DNA of 11,334 nt from Candidatus Rokuibacteriota bacterium (GCA_016184305.1 JACPCX010000093.1:1-11334), one strand, 5' to 3'; shown: positions 1 through 6,153, numbered from the stretch's first letter. Notes: generated from the sequence alone by a model not told the origin. Made by a program: numbers and translations.

Positions 1-132
1 GCCTATCGCAGGGGCACCAACGTTGTCCTCCTCGATCCTGATGTGGCAGAGGTGTTCAAGGATTCCACGGCGGTGAACACAGCCCTGCGTCTGCTATTAG
101 CCCTCGCTCGAGAACAGGCCGCCAAGCAGTGA
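1..132 (+). CDS. 3' end of a putative antitoxin of the type found downstream of BrnT/DUF497 toxins (partial)
   Basis: Frame 1 reads AYRRGTNVVLLDPDVAEVFKDSTAVNTALRLLLALAREQAAKQ*. This resembles the 'V.LDPDVA..F.DS.AVN.ALR' C-terminus of BrnT-associated antitoxins. The stop at 130-132 directly precedes attC1. Not in the ORF track. Confidence 0.7.
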   Translation, partial: AYRRGTNVVLLDPDVAEVFKDSTAVNTALRLLLALAREQAAKQ

Positions 133-135
133 CGC

Positions 136-205
136 GTCGAACTTCGCGCTTCAGCGGTCCGGAGTTCGCGTTGCTCACCCCGGCCGGTGACCGCCGGCGT
201 TAAGC
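136..205 (+). mobile_element. attC site 1 (70 bp)
   Basis: R'' GTCGAAC 136-142; R' GTTAAGC 199-205. Arms TCAGCGGTCCGG / CCGGCCGGTGA pair with a bulged base and one mismatch. Confidence 0.82.
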
Positions 206-222
206 AGACAAGGGAACGGAAA

Positions 223-564
223 GTGGTGGGTGACATTCCGAAACGAGTGAAACGTCTTCTCCGCGAGTACGCATCGGCCGCTCACGAGGAGGAGTTGCGT
301 CGGGCTCTCCTGCCGCTCGCCGAGGCCTTCAAGCGCTGGGAACACAGCGACCTCGACAGCGGGGAGTTGAGCGATCTGATCCACCGATTCCATCAAGGCC
401 CGGCGCGCGAACTCTTCCTGCGTTACAACACCTCCAACCTGGTGGCGCCCGTGGCCTATGCGATCGCCGCGGGTATCGTGGATCGAACGGCGGTGCCCGG
501 TGAACTCCTGGAGCACCTTACCGGGATGATCGAGTTCTACGAGAAGGAGTTGGCGACGTCATGA
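223..564 (+). CDS. Cassette-encoded hypothetical protein (~113 aa, probably helical)
   Basis: The track ORF 187-564 starts inside attC1. A more likely start is GTG 223 (or 226) after AAGGGA at 210-215. The ORF fills the cassette between attC1 and attC2. Confidence 0.8.
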   Translation: MVGDIPKRVKRLLREYASAAHEEELRRALLPLAEAFKRWEHSDLDSGELSDLIHRFHQGPARELFLRYNTSNLVAPVAYAIAAGIVDRTAVPGELLEHLTGMIEFYEKELATS

Positions 565-571
565 GGCGGCT

Positions 572-673
572 GTCTAACGCCGCGCTCGACCTGTCCGGCC
601 GCGCCGAAATCGGGCGTGGCGGCGCTGAAGGGCTGGATGCGGCGCGGCCGGCAGGTCAGCGCGAGCGTTCGGC
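572..673 (+). mobile_element. attC site 2 (102 bp)
   Basis: R'' GTCTAAC 572-578; R' GTTCGGC 667-673. Arm GCT(C)GACCTG(T)CCGGCCGCGCCG pairs perfectly with CGGCGCGGCCGGCAGGTCAGC except for two extrahelical bases, the attC hallmark. Confidence 0.92.
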
Positions 674-726
674 CTCACCAAGGAGGAGGGCGTGCCGAAA
701 GAAGTAAGCCCTGATGTGCTGACGTG

Positions 727-915
727 ATGAAAGTTAGCGAGGTGCTGCGGATGCCGCACGACGACGATTGGCGGCTCGTCGCGATGAGGGGCAGCCACCG
801 CCAGTTCAAGCACGGCTCCAAACCAGGGCGCGTCACCGTCCCCGGGAAACCGAGCGACGAGCTCGCCCCAGGCACCCTGAACAGTATCCTCAAACAGGCT
901 GGACTCAAGAAGTGA
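727..915 (+). CDS. hicA: HicA family toxin (mRNA interferase), type II TA
   Basis: 62 aa with the RGSHRQFKH..KPGRVTVPG motif and C-terminal GTLNSILKQAGL, directly upstream of hicB. Confidence 0.93.
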   Translation: MKVSEVLRMPHDDDWRLVAMRGSHRQFKHGSKPGRVTVPGKPSDELAPGTLNSILKQAGLKK

Positions 916-922
916 GGTAGCT

Positions 923-1135
923 ATGCGGTACGCGATCGTGATCGAGAAGGCCGAGAGCAACTACTCGGCCTATGTCCCAGATCTTCCTGGCTGCGTCGCC
1001 ACCGGCGCTTCTCTCGAAGAGGTGGAGGCCGAGATCCGCGAGGCCATCGAGTTCCATCTCGAAGGCATGCGCGAAGACGGTGTGCCCATTCCGACTCCTC
1101 AGAGCAAGGTTGACTACGTCGAAGTGTCGGCATGA
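923..1135 (+). CDS. hicB: HicB family antitoxin, short form without a C-terminal DNA-binding domain
   Basis: MRYAIVIEKAESNYSAYVPDLPGCVATGASLEEVEAEIREAIEFHLEGM is a typical HicB N-terminal domain. SD GAGG lies just upstream. Confidence 0.95.
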   Translation: MRYAIVIEKAESNYSAYVPDLPGCVATGASLEEVEAEIREAIEFHLEGMREDGVPIPTPQSKVDYVEVSA

Positions 1136-1210
1136 CAAGCCGTTTCACCTGACGCGGGCCCCGCTCCCTGCGGTCGCTCGGTCCGCCGCAGGTGAACGGC
1201 AACGTTAGGC
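1130..1210 (+). mobile_element. attC site 3 (81 bp) with R'' triplet altered (GAC instead of AAC)
   Basis: R'' GCATGAC 1130-1136 contains the hicB stop; R' GTTAGGC 1204-1210. Arms GCCGTT(T)CACCTG(A)CG / CGCAGGTGAACGGC have two bulges. Confidence 0.88.
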
Positions 1211-1256
1211 CAACGAGCATGGACAACGGCTGGCATACGGAGTCCGCCGCGAGGCG

Positions 1257-1265
1257 TGGTAGGCT
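1257..1265 (+). promoter_or_regulatory. Putative extended -10 promoter of the brnT/antitoxin cassette (leaderless transcript)
   Basis: TG-G-TAGGCT ends 6 nt before ATG 1272, which has no SD. TA cassettes typically carry their own promoter. Confidence 0.45.
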
Positions 1266-1271
1266 CGAGCA

Positions 1272-1577
1272 ATGCGATTTCGGCGCCTGCAGGCGGAATA
1301 GGACGAAGACAACGTCGAGCACATCAGCCGCGACGGCGTCCAGCCCGAGGAAGTGGAAGAAATCGTCTATGAGGACTGCCAACCCTCTCGGATCGTTCGC
1401 GTCCGACGGCGAGACATTCGCGAATCCCGCTGGCTGGTGTTCGGACAAACGTGTGTCGGCCGCTATCTCCTCGCGGTGGTTGCCCCGTATCCGCAACGTG
1501 GCGTGTGGCGGGCCGTGACGGCTCGCGAGATGACTGGTCAGACCAAGCGGAGATAGCAGCAGTGGCGCAAAAGCTGA
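1272..1577 (+). pseudogene. brnT: BrnT family toxin pseudogene with two in-frame TAG stops
   Basis: Reads MRFRRLQAE*DEDNVEHISRDGVQPEEVEEI...RWLVFGQTCVGRYLLAVV...RAVTAREMTGQTKRR*QQWRKS*. TAG 1299-1301 replaces the W of the EWD motif; TAG 1554-1556 sits where the Y of 'RRY' is expected. Confidence 0.85.
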
Positions 1578-1858
1578 GCGCCTCGGATCGGCGCGCACTG
1601 CGCGCGGAGGCCGCGGACTGGGACCGCCTCAGTGATGAAGAGCTCACTCGTCTCTTCGAGAACGATCCGCCCCTCGGTACACGAGTCCGGCGCCCGCTAC
1701 CGAAGGTTGTACCGATTGCTCTGGACGAAGCCAACTTGAATCGCCTCAAGCGCGTCGCACGCCGAAAGCAGGTTCATGTACATCAGCTCGTCGCGATGTG
1801 GATAGCCGAGCGCCTTGCCCAGGAACAGGTCGAACGCCGTCCGCGCCGAATGGCCTAA
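1562..1858 (+). CDS. CopG/ribbon-helix-helix-like antitoxin, partner of the BrnT pseudogene
   Basis: GTG 1562 follows a GGAG SD and overlaps the original toxin 3' end. The C-terminal VPIALDEANLNRLKRVARRKQVHVHQLVAMWIAERL has an RHH pattern. The TAA stop lies inside R'' of attC4. Confidence 0.78.
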   Translation: MAQKLSASDRRALRAEAADWDRLSDEELTRLFENDPPLGTRVRRPLPKVVPIALDEANLNRLKRVARRKQVHVHQLVAMWIAERLAQEQVERRPRRMA

Positions 1859-1912
1859 CTTCCGGCTGGAGCGGCCGGGCGGGACGCCGGCCGAGCGGCC
1901 GGCGCATTCGGC
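1853..1912 (+). mobile_element. attC site 4 (60 bp), degenerate; R' reads ATT instead of GTT
   Basis: R'' GCCTAAC 1853-1859. The right arm CCGGCCG-AGC-GGCCGG only partly complements the left. ATTCGGC at 1906-1912 is assigned as R' because TTCGGCGG is the exact complement of CCGCCGAA at the next cassette's R'' (2437-2444). Confidence 0.7.
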
Positions 1913-1981
1913 GGACAGAGAGCGCCTTCGAGCCCCGGACCTGGCGATCCGTGAGGGACGAGGCCAAGGAGGAATCACTAC

Positions 1982-2416
1982 GTGAGGAACGGAGAACAGG
2001 GCTGGGAGGCCGACTTCCCGATGCGCGAGGAGGTCGAGGACTACGCGGGTCGGACGCGATCCTTCGTGATCAACTGTCATGAGGGCGGCCTGGGCTTCAC
2101 GGTGCGCGCCCAGGAGGACGGTCGTCCGGGCGCTGGCTACGAGTTTGCCGCCTACAGCGAGACCAGCCCCTACAGCGCCCTCGGCCGACTGAGGCAGAAG
2201 ATGTACCGGGGTGTGGCAACGCGGCACATCAGCGGCTCAACCGGCGGGTATCACATGCTCCACGACAAGCTGAGCGGCCGAATCACATCGGACGGCAAAG
2301 GCGGCGTAGTACTGGTCGTCGACGGGATCCCGTTTGGGATCGAAAACCTTGCGTCGATGCTGCTGACGCATGAAGGCTGGGGATTTGAACTGCAGATCGT
2401 GGACGCACTCGAGTGA
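1982..2416 (+). CDS. Cassette-encoded hypothetical protein (144 aa)
   Basis: Strong SD AAGGAGG before GTG 1982. Fills the cassette between attC4 and attC5. No family confidently recognised. Confidence 0.85.
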   Translation: MRNGEQGWEADFPMREEVEDYAGRTRSFVINCHEGGLGFTVRAQEDGRPGAGYEFAAYSETSPYSALGRLRQKMYRGVATRHISGSTGGYHMLHDKLSGRITSDGKGGVVLVVDGIPFGIENLASMLLTHEGWGFELQIVDALE

Positions 2417-2438
2417 TGCGCGAGCACCAGCGGAGGCC

Positions 2439-2510
2439 GCCGAACCTCGCGTTTGAGCGGGCCGCTGGCTCGCATTCGTTCGCCGCGGCCGCTCATCGTG
2501 CGCGTTCGGC
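2439..2510 (+). mobile_element. attC site 5 (72 bp)
   Basis: R'' GCCGAAC 2439-2445 and R' GTTCGGC 2504-2510 are exact complements. Arms TGAGCGG(G)CCGC / GCGGCCGCTCA. Confidence 0.9.
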
Positions 2511-2542
2511 GATCTAGGCTGTACCAATCAAGAAGGCTCAAT

Positions 2543-2986
2543 ATGAGCAACTTCCTCTTCTGGCAGAAATGGCTCTTCGGTATTGGTTCGCTTCTCACCG
2601 TCTTCGGCTTGGCGTTGACCTGTTTCAATCAGACGCCGGTCTTTGATGCTCTGTTCAACAATCAGATCACTCCAGTCTTTTGGCCAGCCCACGAGATCAC
2701 CCCTCAGATAATCAGGTTTCAGCAATGGATCTGCGGCGTCCTCGGCGCCACCATCGCCGGTTGGGGTATCTTCACAGTCTTCCTCGCCCACTATCCATTT
2801 CGAAACAAGGAACGCTGGGCTCGAAATGCAATTGCTCTGGGTATAACGGTTTGGTTTGTTACGGACACCTCCCTTTCGGTGTACTTCCTGGCCATGTTCA
2901 ACGCCGCCTTCAAGACGGTGGTGTTTGTGGCAGTCTTACTGCCGTTGCTGTTCACAAGGCACGAGTTCAATCAGGGCCGCGCCTAA
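2543..2986 (+). CDS. Cassette-encoded membrane protein (147 aa, about 4 TM helices)
   Basis: ATG 2543 follows AGAAGG; the longer track ORF starts inside attC5. Four hydrophobic stretches. TAA stop lies in R'' of attC6. Visibly lower GC than the flanking core genes. Confidence 0.85.
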   Translation: MSNFLFWQKWLFGIGSLLTVFGLALTCFNQTPVFDALFNNQITPVFWPAHEITPQIIRFQQWICGVLGATIAGWGIFTVFLAHYPFRNKERWARNAIALGITVWFVTDTSLSVYFLAMFNAAFKTVVFVAVLLPLLFTRHEFNQGRA

Positions 2987-3110
2987 CCCTTCGCTCCAGC
3001 GGACAGCGGCTCGCGCCGCCGGGGCAACCAGCCGGCTTGACTCGCACAGGTTTGGGTTCACAATCTTGTAGCACTCGCGCCGCCGCTGCCGCTGAGATCA
3101 ACCGTTATCC
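2981..3110 (+). mobile_element. attC site 6 (130 bp), last site of the array
   Basis: R'' GCCTAAC 2981-2987; R' GTTATCC 3104-3110. Arms CTC(C)AGCGG(A)CAGCGGC / GCCGCTGCCGCTGAG give the canonical extrahelical G and T on the bottom strand. Confidence 0.92.
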
Positions 3111-3274
3111 GTACAAGACGTAGTGGGGACGACGACGGCTGGCCGGGAGACTTTCGCAGTTGCGCATTCCGAACGCGCATCGCGCCATCATTGAGTCGGT
3201 GAAGCTGGGGTGATAGTCAACATGACGACGATTGGCGGCGATCAAGCGCCACCGCCCCCCCCCGCAGCGGACGC

Positions 3275-3358
3275 TCATGGCAGCAGCCCTCGCATGTCCA
3301 GGAACTCCCCTGGCGTCACGAGCCGGACCCCGGACCGCTCCGCCCCGGCGGAGTCCCG
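3275..3358 (-). pseudogene. C-terminal remnant of a PIN-domain (VapC-like) toxin
   Basis: Minus frame RDSAGAERSGVRLVTPGEFLDMRGLLP* resembles the 'RDF.GAERFG.R..TP.EFL' end of PIN-family toxins. No N-terminal part is recognisable. Confidence 0.55.
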
Positions 3359-3564
3359 CCCGGGAGGTCGCGATCGAGCACAGCAGCGCGCGGTAAACTA
3401 AGTGCTGGAACGGGTCGCGGCTCCGGCGAGCCAAGGAGGCCCGCAGATGGCTGCGCCGCGCGGGCTTCGGGAGCTGGCAGAGGAGGGAAGGGCATGAGCG
3501 ATACGCCGATTCCGGGGTTCTCGTACTTGTGGAGGAGTGAAGAGCTGTCGCCGCGGTCCGGCGC

Positions 3565-4488
3565 TCAGGCCGAGAGACGCGGGCGGATGTCGCGGGCGAA
3601 GGCCTCGTAGATCCCGACCATGTCTTCCAGGTCCCGGAGGCGCGTCTCGAACAGCACCGTGTGCACCCCGAGATCCCGGTAGCGGCTGAGGTCGGAGACG
3701 ATCTGCTCGGGCGAGCCCTGCAGGGGCTTGCGATCAGGACCGGCCGGGGCCGAGCGGATCGAGAGCCCCGCGCGCACGCTCAGGGTCAGGTCCTCGAAGC
3801 GCCGGCCCTGTCTCGAGCACTCCTCGCGCAGTAGCGCGAGGCCCTTCTCGAGCGCCTCCACGGACGGGAACGCCGCATGCCACCCGTCGCCAAGGGCGAC
3901 CACGCGCTTGAAGGCGCTCGGCGTGTGTCCGCCGATCCACACGGGGATCGTCCGGCGCAAGGGCAAGGGTGCGATGCTGACCTCGTCGAAGGAGAAGAAG
4001 CGGCCGTGGTGGCTGGCCCGCTCGGTCGCCCAGCACGCGCGCATGATCCGGATGGCCTCGTCCGACCACGCGCCCCTGCCGTCGAACGGCGCGCCCAGGA
4101 GCTCGATCTCTTCCCGCATCCACCCCACCCCCGCGCCGAGGATCACGCGCCCTCCGGAGAGGTGGTCGAGGGTCGCCAGCATCTTGGCCGCCAGCACGGG
4201 GTGACGGTGGGGCAGCACGAGGATCGTCGTCCCCAGCCGGACGCGCTCGGTCACGCCGGCGACGAGGGCCAGCGTGGTGAGGGGCTCGAGGAAATTGGCG
4301 TCGGCCGGCAGGGGGAACTGCCCGGTCTCGCTGTACGGGTAGCGGGAGCGGATCGCGTGCGGGAGCGCCACGTGGTCGCTGGCCCAGAGGGAGTCATAGC
4401 CGAGCGCCTCCATGCGCCGCGCGAAGGCGAGCACGCTGTCGCGAGTGGCGATGGGGCCGAAGACGGGGAGGTGGCAGCCGAAATCCAT
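3565..4488 (-). CDS. LLM class (luciferase-like) oxidoreductase, probably F420-dependent
   Basis: Start MDFGCHLP. Motifs GYDSLWASDHV, EPLTTLALVAGVTERVRLGTTILVLPHRHPVLAAKMLATLDHLSGGRVILGAGVGW and PVWIGG. Confidence 0.92.
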   Translation of the reverse strand: MDFGCHLPVFGPIATRDSVLAFARRMEALGYDSLWASDHVALPHAIRSRYPYSETGQFPLPADANFLEPLTTLALVAGVTERVRLGTTILVLPHRHPVLAAKMLATLDHLSGGRVILGAGVGWMREEIELLGAPFDGRGAWSDEAIRIMRACWATERASHHGRFFSFDEVSIAPLPLRRTIPVWIGGHTPSAFKRVVALGDGWHAAFPSVEALEKGLALLREECSRQGRRFEDLTLSVRAGLSIRSAPAGPDRKPLQGSPEQIVSDLSRYRDLGVHTVLFETRLRDLEDMVGIYEAFARDIRPRLSA

Positions 4489-4492
4489 GGCG

Positions 4493-6085
4493 CTACTCGC
4501 GGTGGCCGCCGGAGGCGTACAGGAGCCGGCCACCGAGCTCGCTGCCGGCGATCATCTGCCCGAGGCGCGAGCGCTGGATCTTCCCGCTGGAGGTCTTCGG
4601 GATCGTGCTGGGTTGCACCAGCAGCACCTTGGCGGGACGGTGGCCGCGGCCGTGGTGGACGCGCTGCACGATCTCGCGGACGAGGCCTGACAGGGTCTCG
4701 TGGTCGGCGATCCCCTCCCGCACCTCGGCCACCACGTGGAGGCGCTGCGTCCCGAGCCGATCGCTCTCGATCCCCACCGCGGCAGAGTAGCGCACCCCGG
4801 GCACGTCGTCCACGATCTCCTCGATATCCACTGGGATGATGTTCTCGCCGGCGAGAAGGATGAGGTCTTTCAGGCGGCCCGTGATGAAGAGGTAGCCCTC
4901 GCCGTCCACGAAGCCGAGATCCCCGGTGCGCAGCCAGCCGTCCGGGGCGAGCACTTGCCGCGTGGCCTCGGGGTTGTTGTAGTAGCCCTGCATCACCCCC
5001 GGGCTCCGTACGCAGATCTCCCCCTCGACGTCGGCGCCCAGGACCTGGCTCTCCTGCATGATGCGGACGGAGACGCCGCGGCATGGCTGCCCCACGGACA
5101 TGAAGCGGCCGGAGCGGTCGGAACGGAGGGGGACGGCGCGCGACCAGATGGCGACGGCCAGCGTCGCCTCGGCCAGCCCATACGCCGGCGTGATCACGTT
5201 ACGCACACCGAACTTCTCCTCGAAGGAGTGGATGGTGCTGAGTCGCACCGGCTCGGCCCCGGACATCGCCTGCTTCAGGGATGACAGGTCGAGGCCGCTG
5301 GTGTCGTGGATGTTGCGCACACAGTTCCGGTATCCGAAGTCGGGAGAGACGGTGAACGTGGCCCGCACCCGGGTGATCAGCTCCAGCCAGTGGCGCGGGT
5401 TCCTGAGATCGGGCGGCAGGAGGTAGAGCGGCGAGCCCGTGGTCGGCGGCGTGAAGGCGCAGCCGATGAGCCCCATGTCGTGGTAGAGCGGCAGCCACGA
5501 CACCACGACGTCGTCGCGCGTGAGCTGGGCGGCCTCGGCCATGAACTCCACCGTGCGGCAGACGTTGGCGTGGCTGAGGACCACTCCGCGGGGATGCCCG
5601 GTGCTGCCGGAGGTGTACTGGATGAAGGCGATGTCCTCCTCGCGCGCCGTCGGCAGGACGGGGAGGGGCGCATCCGTCTCCAGATCGGAGGGCTCGAGGA
5701 TCGCGCGCACGTTTCCGGCGCCGGCGCCCGCCTCCTCCACGCCCTGCCGGAACCAGCCGATCGTGACGACGACCTTCGCCTCGGAGTCGCGGAAGATGTT
5801 GGCGGTGCCCTCCACGCCCATCGTGGGGTAGAGCGGCACGGGGATCGCGCCCAGCCTGAGCGCGCCGAAGAACGTGTAGAAGAACTCGGCGCAGGTCGGG
5901 TAGATCAGGCAGACCTTGTCCCCACGCTCCACACCGAACCGCGCGAGGCCTGCCGCGTGGCGCGCGCTTTCGCGCCAGAGCGCACCGTAGGTGATGGCCT
6001 CGTCGAAGAGGTGGAAGTACGGGGTCTCGGGATCGGCGGCGGCCCGCAGCCCGATCAGCTCGGTGAGGGTCGAGGCCTTGATCAT
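4493..6085 (-). CDS. AMP-binding adenylate-forming enzyme, fatty acyl-AMP ligase (FAAL)-like
   Basis: Motifs QYTSGSTGHPRGV, SWLPLYHDMGLIG, YGLAEATL, WLRTGDLGF, GRLKDLI and IPKTSSGKIQR. Confidence 0.92.
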   Translation of the reverse strand: MIKASTLTELIGLRAAADPETPYFHLFDEAITYGALWRESARHAAGLARFGVERGDKVCLIYPTCAEFFYTFFGALRLGAIPVPLYPTMGVEGTANIFRDSEAKVVVTIGWFRQGVEEAGAGAGNVRAILEPSDLETDAPLPVLPTAREEDIAFIQYTSGSTGHPRGVVLSHANVCRTVEFMAEAAQLTRDDVVVSWLPLYHDMGLIGCAFTPPTTGSPLYLLPPDLRNPRHWLELITRVRATFTVSPDFGYRNCVRNIHDTSGLDLSSLKQAMSGAEPVRLSTIHSFEEKFGVRNVITPAYGLAEATLAVAIWSRAVPLRSDRSGRFMSVGQPCRGVSVRIMQESQVLGADVEGEICVRSPGVMQGYYNNPEATRQVLAPDGWLRTGDLGFVDGEGYLFITGRLKDLILLAGENIIPVDIEEIVDDVPGVRYSAAVGIESDRLGTQRLHVVAEVREGIADHETLSGLVREIVQRVHHGRGHRPAKVLLVQPSTIPKTSSGKIQRSRLGQMIAGSELGGRLLYASGGHRE

Positions 6086-6153
6086 CCAGGGATCCTCGGG
6101 GAGATGCCGGTGGCGGCGGGGGCGATCATCGTCAGGGGGTCATTCTATCCCAA

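Larger units (their letters stand above)
1..3110 (+). mobile_element. Integron gene-cassette array, distal end; integrase and attI not in window
   Basis: Six imperfect palindromes with R'' (xxxxAAC) and R' (GTTxxxx) boxes and extrahelical bases, each right after a short + strand gene or gene pair. Stop codons fall in or just before R''. The first bases of most cassettes are complementary to that cassette's own R'' (GTTAGGCCA at 1204 vs TGGCCTAAC at 1851). Confidence 0.93.

Noticed and set aside
187..222. N-terminal extensions of cassette ORFs in the track (starts 187, 1451, 2453)
   Set aside because: These starts lie inside attC sites or the brnT pseudogene. Downstream starts with SD sequences (223, 1562, 2543) fit the cassette boundaries.
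1272..1577. TAG recoding or readthrough as an explanation for the two amber codons in brnT
   Set aside because: The two positions would need different residues (Trp and Tyr), and TAG is the normal stop of three other genes here (4493, 6154, 8710).
136..3110. Hairpins read as a CRISPR array, REP elements or Rho-independent terminators
   Set aside because: They are not identical repeats, the intervening DNA is whole genes, and there are no U-tracts. The R boxes and extrahelical bases fit attC.
3110..3560. Search for a seventh attC, an intI fragment or an RNA gene after attC6
   Set aside because: No AAC...GTT hairpin with L boxes, no tyrosine recombinase motif and no tRNA-like fold were seen. 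Track ORFs 3105-3434 and 3210-3401 look spurious.
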